The position numbers and the translations under genes are program-made. Below the pieces are notes generated by a model. The model was not told the DNA's origin. It searched no databases and saw nothing but the letters and a program-made list of their open reading frames with translations. From an uncultured Gammaproteobacteria bacterium (GTDB lineage: Bacteria > Patescibacteriota > Patescibacteriia > 2-01-FULL-39-33): DNA of 64,000 bases. The DNA lies in the NCBI GenBank assembly GCA_964573235.1, contig CAZNIV010000002.1, positions 6,102 to 70,101 of the forward strand. Direction: 5' to 3'. This document shows, one piece after another, positions 51,362 to 59,467 of the stretch. Position 1 is the stretch's first letter. The number at the start of each line of letters is the position of its first letter.

Positions 51362-51419
51362 AGGCTCAAATTAAAAAACCGCCAAGTAATAATTATACTT
51401 GACGACCGATAATTTAATT

Positions 51420-51974
51420 TTAATTAGTGCTTTCGGAATTTAATAACAATTCCATCAACTTTACAAATACTAACGCATTAGTTTCTACGTCCGCCATGGC
51501 TCGATGTGCCACCTTCGGCTCATACCCAAAATATTTAGCCACTTCCCCTAAATTATTTTTTGGCAAACGCAATAATTTTCTAGTTAATTCTAGCGTATCA
51601 ATCATTTTATTTTGCATTATACCTAGCGATAAGCGCTTTAAATGATTTGTTACAAACAGCCAATCAAAATCACGAATATTATGCCCAACCACAATATTAT
51701 CGCCCACAAATTTTACAAAATTAGTCATCGCTTTACGCGCCTCTTGACCGTTAACTAATAAAAAAATTTCATTCAAGCCATGGATTTTTTCTACCTCCCT
51801 TGGAACACCTTTAGTTGGCGCGATTAAGGCTTCAAAGCGCTCTACAATTTCGCCATTACGCACTCGGCAAGCAGCAATTTCTACAATTTCATGATTAACC
51901 GGATCTAGCCCAGTCGTTTCAATATCAAACACTACAAAATCCGTAATTAAAAATTTTTGGTATTTCTCATGCAT
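51420..51974 (-). CDS. DEDDh 3'-5' exonuclease (DnaQ/epsilon-like)
   Basis: FDIETTGL exo I motif, H-x4-D exo III. Confidence 0.75.
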   Translation of the reverse strand: MHEKYQKFLITDFVVFDIETTGLDPVNHEIVEIAACRVRNGEIVERFEALIAPTKGVPREVEKIHGLNEIFLLVNGQEARKAMTNFVKFVGDNIVVGHNIRDFDWLFVTNHLKRLSLGIMQNKMIDTLELTRKLLRLPKNNLGEVAKYFGYEPKVAHRAMADVETNALVFVKLMELLLNSESTN

Positions 51975-52064
51975 ACCACTATCTTAAAGCAAAAACCGCC
52001 TAGTGGCAAGACCTTGAAAAAATAGTGCTTTTCGGCTATACTAAATGGGAAATAAATAAACCCT

Positions 52065-53114
52065 ATGTCATTTTCTATCGGCATCGTCGGCTTACCAAAT
52101 GTGGGCAAATCCACTCTTTTTAAAGCTTTGACCAAAAAACAAGTAGACGCAGCTAATTATCCGTTCTGTACCATCGACCCAAACGTTGGCGTGGTAGCTG
52201 TACCCGATGAAAGATTGCGCCAATTATCCGAAATGGCTCATAGCGCTCGAACCATCCCGACCATTATTAATTTTGTGGATATTGCCGGATTGGTTAAAGG
52301 TGCTAGCGAGGGTCAAGGATTAGGAAATAAATTTTTATCTCATATCCGTGAAACTGATGCCATCGTTCAAGTCTTGCGTCATTTTTCTGATAAAAATATC
52401 ATTCATGTAGAAAATCGCGTTGACCCAGAAGCTGATAAAGATATTATCAACTTAGAGTTAATTTTAGCTGACATGCAAACTCTAGAAAAACGCATGAGCA
52501 CCAATGAAAAAATGGTACGCGCCAAAGATAAAGATGCTGTTAAACTACAAGGCATTTATGAAAAATTAAAAGCCGGTTTTGATGCTGGCAAACCGGGTCG
52601 CGAAATAATTACCGACGAAGAAGAAAAATTTCTATTAAAAGACTTAGCCCTTTTGACCATGAAGCCAATGATGTACGTACTAAATGTTGATGAAGATAAT
52701 GTTTTTCAAGAAACTGATTATATCGCTATTTCTGCCAAAATAGAATCTGAATTAGCTGAATTAAATGAAGCAGAAGCAAAAGAATATTTATCCGCCTTAC
52801 AATTAAAAGAATCTGGCTTAGATAAATTAATTCGCAAGGCTTATGAAACCCTAGGGCTCATTACTTATTTCACTACCGGCGAAGATGAAACTAAGGCTTG
52901 GACAATCAAAGTGGGTACTAAGGCACCTCAAGCTGCCGGTGTTATCCATACTGATTTTGAAAAAGGTTTTATTCGCGCAGAAACTATTTTCTGGAAAGAT
53001 TTAGTCGATGCTGGTGGCGAAGCCAAGGCTCGTGAAAAAGGCTTATTACGCTTAGAGGGTAAAGAATACGTTATGAAAGATGGCGACTGTTGTAATTTTA
53101 AGTTTAGCAATTAA
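52065..53114 (+). CDS. ychF: Ribosome-binding ATPase YchF
   Basis: GLPNVGKSTLF P-loop, TGS domain. Confidence 0.9.
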   Translation: MSFSIGIVGLPNVGKSTLFKALTKKQVDAANYPFCTIDPNVGVVAVPDERLRQLSEMAHSARTIPTIINFVDIAGLVKGASEGQGLGNKFLSHIRETDAIVQVLRHFSDKNIIHVENRVDPEADKDIINLELILADMQTLEKRMSTNEKMVRAKDKDAVKLQGIYEKLKAGFDAGKPGREIITDEEEKFLLKDLALLTMKPMMYVLNVDEDNVFQETDYIAISAKIESELAELNEAEAKEYLSALQLKESGLDKLIRKAYETLGLITYFTTGEDETKAWTIKVGTKAPQAAGVIHTDFEKGFIRAETIFWKDLVDAGGEAKAREKGLLRLEGKEYVMKDGDCCNFKFSN

Positions 53115-53151
53115 AATTTTTGTGCTATAATAAAAGCATAATAAAACTTAT

Positions 53152-53304
53152 ATGCTATTTCAAGACGACACAAAGTTAAAAATGCTTTTTTGGCTCATTG
53201 TAGTAATGGCTATCACTATTGTAATTGGTGTTTGGGAGTTAGGACTAAAGCCCCTATACTATTTAATTATCAGTGTTGTTCAATTAAAATTTGGCGTTTA
53301 ATTT
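53152..53304 (+). CDS. Small 50-aa membrane protein (host, below the ORF-track threshold)
   Basis: MLFQDDTKLKMLFWLIVVMAITIVIGVWELGLKPLYYLIISVVQLKFGV; extended -10 tgcTATAAT upstream; host-type terminator at 53319-53345. Confidence 0.35.
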
Positions 53305-53377
53305 AAATTTTTATCTCCATCCCGCCCTACTGGCGGGATTTTTTGTGCCTAATTTAGATAAATTATACCTAAAGCTA

Positions 53378-53406
53378 TTGACAAATAGGCAAATATGTGC
53401 TATACT
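53378..53406 (+). promoter_or_regulatory. Promoter TTGACA-17-TATACT for island F, followed by a perfect 7-bp inverted repeat at the predicted +1 (53413-53427)
   Basis: TCGTCAC-a-GTGACGA lies right at the transcription start; about 148-nt 5'UTR with a GGCC-caaaa-GGCC hairpin before the SD. Confidence 0.55.
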
Positions 53407-53560
53407 CCAGAGTCGTCACAGTGACGATTTTAGATATAATTGTTCCTTTCATTTTTATTTGAAATTAACAAGCCGGGTGGTTTGTTGATGATAGGATAGG
53501 GGCATGTCGCCCGCAGTATCTGGAAAAGTAGGCCCAAAAGGCCAAAGGAGGAGAGTTCCC

Positions 53561-54343
53561 ATGAATACGACAAACACAAACCCCGCCACCGTCACCGTCG
53601 CCAAGGGATTGATCGAGTTCAACTCGACAGTCTTGGCAGGAATCGTTTTCCGCAAGGAAGACAAGCCGGCCATCAAAGAAGCAACCGAGAAAGTCGCCAA
53701 CGGGCAGTTTCTGGTTCCGCCGGACAACTCCGACGAGCTCCAGCAAATCGGCATCAGTGATGCCAGCCAGAGCGAGAATCTGCTCGAGTTGCAGAAGGAA
53801 CTCATCAAGCTGGTGAAAACTGGCAAAATGGGTCCGATATGCTTGACTCCGGCTGTTCCCCAGACCACCGTGACCGATGTTCGCATGGAAAACGGCGTAG
53901 TCAAGCGCGAGTTCCCCTCGCACTTGGGTCTGCCGGTTATCGTGGCACAGAACGGCCGCAAGGAGTTTCTCCAGCCCCGCTGGTGGTACATTGGTGCTGA
54001 GATCGGTACCGATCTCGTTCCCAGGTTCACCTGCTGGCAGTACGTCGCCACCCTCGACCGGGAAACTGGTCAGTGGTGCTGGAAGCCGGTTCTGGATGAT
54101 CGTGGCGAACATCGTTGCGCCATGGCAACCGGCGATCGGGTAAAACATTTGGTCGGAGCGAGCTGGAGCCATATGGACCACTTCGTGGTTCCGTTGGTGA
54201 ACAAAGCACGCGAATTGGCCAAGAAGGAAGCTAAGGCGAGCACCATTGTCGCCGCTGCCTTCACCCCGCCCAAGCCCCGGCCCCTCGGCACCATCGGCGA
54301 CGCCATGGCCGCCAAGTCCAAAGGCGCCCACCAGGCCGCCTAA
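53561..54343 (+). CDS. Island F (260 aa), unknown function
   Basis: AAGGAGGAGAG SD before ATG 53561 (the track start 53504 is in frame upstream); GC-rich codons; Ala/Lys/Pro-rich C-terminal tail. Confidence 0.6.
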   Translation: MNTTNTNPATVTVAKGLIEFNSTVLAGIVFRKEDKPAIKEATEKVANGQFLVPPDNSDELQQIGISDASQSENLLELQKELIKLVKTGKMGPICLTPAVPQTTVTDVRMENGVVKREFPSHLGLPVIVAQNGRKEFLQPRWWYIGAEIGTDLVPRFTCWQYVATLDRETGQWCWKPVLDDRGEHRCAMATGDRVKHLVGASWSHMDHFVVPLVNKARELAKKEAKASTIVAAAFTPPKPRPLGTIGDAMAAKSKGAHQAA

Positions 54344-54364
54344 ACCAAACAAACCACCCAAACC

Positions 54365-54442
54365 CAGCCGGGCCTACGAAAGTACGCCCGGCTGTTCAAT
54401 TTTTAAGCGAAACAAAAAACGGGCTTTCACCCGTTTTTTATA
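54365..54442 (+). terminator. Tandem double terminator after island F
   Basis: cagccggg...cccggctg (8-bp stem) followed by aaaacgggc-tttca-cccgtttttt. Confidence 0.65.
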
Positions 54443-54452
54443 TTTAGAACAA

Positions 54453-55586
54453 TTAAACTTTTTCAAAAATATGAATGCGTCTTTGCACTTTCTGCCCTTC
54501 ACGCTTATACAATAAAGTATTGTCATCAATACGCCTAAAACCCATTTCTTGCACTTCTTCGTCAATTTTAATGGCTACGCGACCTTCAGTTACTTGCCAT
54601 TCAGGAAACACCATCACCACTTTGCCACCCGGATTTAAAATTTTAATAAATTCCTTAAATGCATCAACATAAAGCTTTAATAAATCATGAGCAATCTTTT
54701 GCGCTTCACGCAACTGAGGTACGCCACGCATTGGTGGCCCTAAAAATGGCTCAGTCACAATCGCCTGAATATTTTGCACCCGACTGCTAATCTGACGCAC
54801 ATCAGCGCTCAAAACTTCGTAATTAGCATCGGTTAAACCAAACTCATCTTTAACCCAAGCCAAATTAGTTAAAGTGTCTTTATAAGCGCGATCAGAAATA
54901 TCAGCACCAATCACTTTGCGATAACCCATAGCCATCGCTTCCATTAAAACTGTACCAGAACCGCAAAACGGATCCAAAATTGTATCATCATCATCTTCTA
55001 AGCAAGCTAAGTTGATCATCATCTTACAAAGTTTTGGTGGTAACATGCCGCTTTTAGCATCGGCCGCTGGGCGACCAAAATCTTTAAAACCATATTCTTC
55101 AAAATCCTGTACTGCCTCAGTTACCCCAAGGTAACCAGGGAACACCAAAAAGTCAGTCACTTTTTCTTTAGTTACAATAACTGAAGATAAAGTTTTTTGT
55201 TTACTCACTACTAAACGACTAGAAATATCTTTTTCTTTTAAAGCGTTTTTTACTTCCATACCAATCTTGCGATTTTCTGGCACACCGTAAAAACTAAAAC
55301 CAAATTTAGCCTTACCACCAATATTGCGCGTCATAATTTCTTCAACAATCACCGGCACCTCTAGGGTTTCGCCCAAAACTCGGCCAATCTTAATCGTGCC
55401 ACCTAATTGCTGAATTAAGCCTTTAGGTTCGATATTTTCAGTTTCTACCACTAAAAAATCTTTGCCCTCCGCTAATGACTTAACATTTGTTAAAACAGAA
55501 TAAATTTCGGCCTTAGATAACTCTGGATTATTGCCCAAAATAAAGATAAATTTCATAGTCTTACTTATTTCTAATGGCTTTATCAT
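54453..55586 (-). CDS. SAM-dependent RNA (m2G-type) methyltransferase, Trm11/RlmL-like
   Basis: DPFCGSGT motif I and EPFLGPP motif IV; N-terminal substrate-binding domain. Confidence 0.6.
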   Translation of the reverse strand: MIKPLEISKTMKFIFILGNNPELSKAEIYSVLTNVKSLAEGKDFLVVETENIEPKGLIQQLGGTIKIGRVLGETLEVPVIVEEIMTRNIGGKAKFGFSFYGVPENRKIGMEVKNALKEKDISSRLVVSKQKTLSSVIVTKEKVTDFLVFPGYLGVTEAVQDFEEYGFKDFGRPAADAKSGMLPPKLCKMMINLACLEDDDDTILDPFCGSGTVLMEAMAMGYRKVIGADISDRAYKDTLTNLAWVKDEFGLTDANYEVLSADVRQISSRVQNIQAIVTEPFLGPPMRGVPQLREAQKIAHDLLKLYVDAFKEFIKILNPGGKVVMVFPEWQVTEGRVAIKIDEEVQEMGFRRIDDNTLLYKREGQKVQRRIHIFEKV

Positions 55587-55821
55587 AGCAAAAATAAGCT
55601 AAAAGCGCCACCCTTGATCTTTTTGTTTATTTATGCTATCATTATCTCACTTTAAAAACACCTTTCCCACCTGCGCTAGTCGCGGGAGTATCTTCCGGAA
55701 AACGGAAGAAAAGGCAATTTTCTCAAAAGTCATTTTTGGCCGGATCACGCTTTCGGCGAAAAATATAAAACCTTGAGGCTTGCCTTGAGGTTTTTTAAGT
55801 TTTAATTAACTATACCCGAGT

Positions 55822-56337
55822 ATGAACAATTATGAATTGCTCTACATCGTCTCCAACCAATACACCGAAAAGGAATTGGTAACCATCCAGGAGAAAGTCA
55901 ACGCTTTGATTACCAAGCTTGGCGGCCAAGTGCACTACAAAGATTTCATGGGCAAGAAAAAACTTGCTTATCCAATCGATAAAATGTTACATGGCTATTA
56001 CACTGTTTGTGAATTTGAAATCACCGACAACAACAATGTCAAAGAATTAAGTGAAAACTTAAGATTAGACAAAGAAGTCTTACGCCATATCATCATTGCT
56101 AAGGCTAAAATCACCCCTGATGAAATTAAGAAAAAAGAAGAAATGAAAAAGCGCGAAGAAGCTGATGAAAGAGAAGCTTCCCGCCCAGTTGCTCGTGAAC
56201 GCCGTTTTGAAGATAAAGAAACTCCAACACCTACTCCAGTAACTGAAGAAAAAGTTGAAGAAAAGAAAGCTAAAGTTAAAACTAAAGCTTTAGATGAGAA
56301 ACTTGATGAAATTTTAAAGGAAGACACTGTCGTCTAA
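55822..56337 (+). CDS. rpsF: 30S ribosomal protein S6 with an acidic/lysine-rich C-terminal extension
   Basis: MNNYELLYIV... S6 fold; extension of about 70 aa. Confidence 0.9.
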   Translation: MNNYELLYIVSNQYTEKELVTIQEKVNALITKLGGQVHYKDFMGKKKLAYPIDKMLHGYYTVCEFEITDNNNVKELSENLRLDKEVLRHIIIAKAKITPDEIKKKEEMKKREEADEREASRPVARERRFEDKETPTPTPVTEEKVEEKKAKVKTKALDEKLDEILKEDTVV

Positions 56338-56365
56338 CTAAATTCAGTCACTCATAACCAAAAAT

Positions 56366-56800
56366 ATGAACTTAAACAAAGTGATCATTATCGGCAACTT
56401 GACTCAAGCGCCAGAAATGAGAACTACCACTAATGGTAATAATGTCGCCTCATTCGCCATTGCAACTAATCGCGTTTGGAAAGATCAGGCTGGGCAAAAA
56501 CAACAGAAGGCAGAATTCCACAGCATTGTCGCTTGGGGTAAACTAGCCGAAATTGCCGGTCAATACCTAACCAAAGGCCAGCTTTGCATGGTAGAAGGAC
56601 GATTAGAAACCCGCAGTTGGGATGACCAGGAAAGCAAGCGCCACTGGAAAACAGAAATTATCGCTGAAAACTTTCAGATGGGCCCTAAAACTGGAGAAAA
56701 GATGGGCGACGAACCAGTTATGACTGCCGTTTCCAGTTCTAAACCCGCTTCCCGCAAAAACGATGAGGAAGAAATAAAAATTGAAGACATCCCATTTTAA
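56366..56800 (+). CDS. ssb: Single-stranded DNA-binding protein
   Basis: OB fold and the C-terminal DIPF tail. Confidence 0.9.
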   Translation: MNLNKVIIIGNLTQAPEMRTTTNGNNVASFAIATNRVWKDQAGQKQQKAEFHSIVAWGKLAEIAGQYLTKGQLCMVEGRLETRSWDDQESKRHWKTEIIAENFQMGPKTGEKMGDEPVMTAVSSSKPASRKNDEEEIKIEDIPF

Positions 56801-56818
56801 TTAATTTGAATCGCATTT

Positions 56819-57046
56819 ATGGAAAAGAATAAATTGAACCAAAAAGAGCGTTATTGCTTTTTCTGTGTCAACGGCATTGACCAAATCGATTACAAGAACA
56901 CCAATTTATTAAGAAGATTTATCTCTTCTTATTCTAAAATTGTTTCTCGTAAGAGAAGCGGCGTTTGCTCTTTGCACCAGAGAAAATTGGCTATGGCCAT
57001 CAAGCGCGCTAGAATTATGGCTTTCTTGCCATTTATTACCCGTTAA
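56819..57046 (+). CDS. rpsR: 30S ribosomal protein S18
   Basis: CFFC...YKNTNLLRRFIS... conserved S18 core. Confidence 0.9.
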   Translation: MEKNKLNQKERYCFFCVNGIDQIDYKNTNLLRRFISSYSKIVSRKRSGVCSLHQRKLAMAIKRARIMAFLPFITR

Positions 57047-57067
57047 TAAATAAGTCAGCCAAGATAT

Positions 57068-57637
57068 ATGATGCTCGGTACTCTTAATGATATTAAAAAA
57101 GGCGTTAAGCTTTTACACGAAAACGAGCCATACGTAGTGATGGAATCTAATTTTGTGAAAATGTCGATGCGCAAGCCGGTGATGCAAACCAAAATGAAAA
57201 ATTTGCTCAACGGTAAGGTGGTAGAAATCAATTATCACCAAGGTGATAAAATGGAAGAAGCCGATATGATGAAAAAGAAAGTTGATTACCTTTATAATGA
57301 TGGTGACAATTATTTTTTCATGAGCCAAGATGATTTTGAGCAATTTTCTTTGCCAAAAGAAAACTTAGGCGCCGTTACCGGCTACATCAAAGATGGTGAT
57401 AAAGTTGATGCTTTATATTTCAACAATGTCGCTGTTTCTATTTCCGCCGCTCCAAAAGTAGAATTGAAAGTGATTTCCGCCCCAGAAGCTGTCAAAGGCA
57501 ACTCGGCTAGCGGTCGTACTACTAAAATGGTTACCATGGAAACTGGATTAGAATTGGCGGTGCCAATTTTCATCAAAGAAGGTGAAATTCTTCGCGTCAA
57601 CACCGAAACCGGTGAATATGTAGAAAGAGCGCAGTAA
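57068..57637 (+). CDS. efp: Elongation factor P
   Basis: KPGKG-type loop region; 189 aa. Confidence 0.9.
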   Translation: MMLGTLNDIKKGVKLLHENEPYVVMESNFVKMSMRKPVMQTKMKNLLNGKVVEINYHQGDKMEEADMMKKKVDYLYNDGDNYFFMSQDDFEQFSLPKENLGAVTGYIKDGDKVDALYFNNVAVSISAAPKVELKVISAPEAVKGNSASGRTTKMVTMETGLELAVPIFIKEGEILRVNTETGEYVERAQ

Positions 57638-57703
57638 AAAACTTTTTACTAGCTAATAACAAAAACCGCCCTAGTGGCGGTTTTTGTATTGACTAAATTT
57701 ATT

Positions 57704-58801
57704 TTACTCACTTAAATCAGCTGCTTCTCCGGCTTCGAGCGGTTGCTCGGCGGGATTAGAACTATTTAATTCCGCCATAGTAGCGGCTTTCTGTTTTTTA
57801 AATTCTTCCCAAACCTTTTCTTTAATTGAATCAATTAAATGACGATTAGCCCGCAAATGATTTTTAGCATTTTCTCGGCCAACGCCCAATTTTTCTTCAC
57901 CAAAAACATAACTATTACCTTGCTTTTTAACAATACCAGCAATTACGCCTGTATCCAAAGCATCACCAGCAATAGAAATACCTTCATTGTACATGATATC
58001 AAATTCGCAAGTGGTAAATGGCGGAGCCACTTTATTTTTAACCACTTTAACCTTAACGCGATTACCAATAATCTTTTCACCTTGCTTAATTTGAGCGCTA
58101 CGTCTAACCTCAATACGCACTGAAGAATAAAATTTTAACGCAGTACCACCGGTAGTAGTTTCTGGATTACCAAAAACAATACCAATTTTCATACGAGTCT
58201 GGTTAATAAAAACCAAAACTACATGACTCTTAGAAATAGCTGAAGTTAACTTTCTAAGTGCTTGACTCATCAACCTAGCTTGCAAGCCCATGTGCTGATC
58301 ACCCATATCGCCCTCAATTTCTGCTTTTGGCACCAAGGCAGCCACGGAATCGACAACAACCACATCCACTGCATTAGAACGCACTAAAGTTTCTACGATT
58401 TCTAAAGCTTGCTCACCGGTGTCTGGCTGGGAAATAAACAAATCCCTAATATTAACACCGATTTTTTGAGCATACTCTGGATCTAAGGCATGTTCTGCAT
58501 CCACAAACGCCGCTACACCACCCATTTTTTGCACTTCGGCCACAATATGCTGAGCCAAAGTAGTTTTACCAGAAGCTTCAGGTCCAAAAATCTCTACGAT
58601 TCTACCTCGTGGAACACCACCAGCTCCTAACGCAAGATCGAGGGACAAACAACCAGTCGGCACAACCTCTACCTGCATTGTTTTTGCTTCCCCTAAGCGC
58701 ATAATAGCTCCATCACCAAAACGCTCTTTAATTTGGTCAATAGCGGCATTTACGGCTTTCATCCTTTCGGCCAAAGCCTCATTTTCTCCTTTTTTCCCCA
58801 T
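57704..58801 (-). CDS. recA: Recombinase RecA
   Basis: GPEASGKTT Walker A, L1/L2 loops. Confidence 0.95.
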   Translation of the reverse strand: MGKKGENEALAERMKAVNAAIDQIKERFGDGAIMRLGEAKTMQVEVVPTGCLSLDLALGAGGVPRGRIVEIFGPEASGKTTLAQHIVAEVQKMGGVAAFVDAEHALDPEYAQKIGVNIRDLFISQPDTGEQALEIVETLVRSNAVDVVVVDSVAALVPKAEIEGDMGDQHMGLQARLMSQALRKLTSAISKSHVVLVFINQTRMKIGIVFGNPETTTGGTALKFYSSVRIEVRRSAQIKQGEKIIGNRVKVKVVKNKVAPPFTTCEFDIMYNEGISIAGDALDTGVIAGIVKKQGNSYVFGEEKLGVGRENAKNHLRANRHLIDSIKEKVWEEFKKQKAATMAELNSSNPAEQPLEAGEAADLSE

Positions 58802-58816
58802 ACTTTATTAAAATTA

Positions 58817-59464
58817 TTAATCGGTGTATAAAACTCGAAGATTAACTTCATTTTCTCTACCGTGTCTCTTCTTCGCAGTTATTTTAATTAAATTCAAACC
58901 TTTTTGCAAGTCAAACTTAGTACCAAAGTTTCCATCATTATCTACAAAAATTAAGCGATTATTAATAAAAATTTCTGCCTCCTTTTCTGACTGACCAACT
59001 AAATCCATTTCTTTAACGCTAGTTTTAAAGCCGTCGGGCGGAAAACTGATTTTTAATTCTGGGGGCGTAAAAATATTTACCACCTTAACCACTAAAAAAA
59101 CAGCCACCGCTACTGCCAATAAACTAATTAAAAAATAACGAATCAATTTGGGCCAAGGTAAAAAATATTTATGATCCACTTTTGCAAAAGAATGTTTTTC
59201 GTTACAACCAATGTGTTTAGCTTCTTCCCAAAACTCATTACACGACAAACCCAAATACTGACAATAAATAGTTAAGTAATTACGCAAATATGCCTGACCA
59301 GGCAAATCACTAAAACGATCATTTTCTAAGGCTTCTAAATATTTGAAAGCCACGCTCAATTCGCGAGAAGCCTGTTCTAAGCCAACACCTAAGTCAGAAC
59401 GAGCCGCCTGTAGGCGTTCACCAATACTAAGCGGCCTGATATTTTTAGAATTATTTACTGACAT
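58817..59464 (-). CDS. RodZ-like HTH/transmembrane protein
   Basis: N-terminal XRE-type HTH, single TM, C-terminal beta-rich domain. Confidence 0.55.
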   Translation of the reverse strand: MSVNNSKNIRPLSIGERLQAARSDLGVGLEQASRELSVAFKYLEALENDRFSDLPGQAYLRNYLTIYCQYLGLSCNEFWEEAKHIGCNEKHSFAKVDHKYFLPWPKLIRYFLISLLAVAVAVFLVVKVVNIFTPPELKISFPPDGFKTSVKEMDLVGQSEKEAEIFINNRLIFVDNDGNFGTKFDLQKGLNLIKITAKKRHGRENEVNLRVLYTD

Positions 59465-59467
59465 GAA

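Noticed and set aside
53455-54361. Two long minus-strand ORFs (198 and 298 aa) antisense to island F
   Set aside because: Gly/Arg/Ala-rich antisense-type composition, no expression signals; the plus-strand frame has promoter, SD and terminators.
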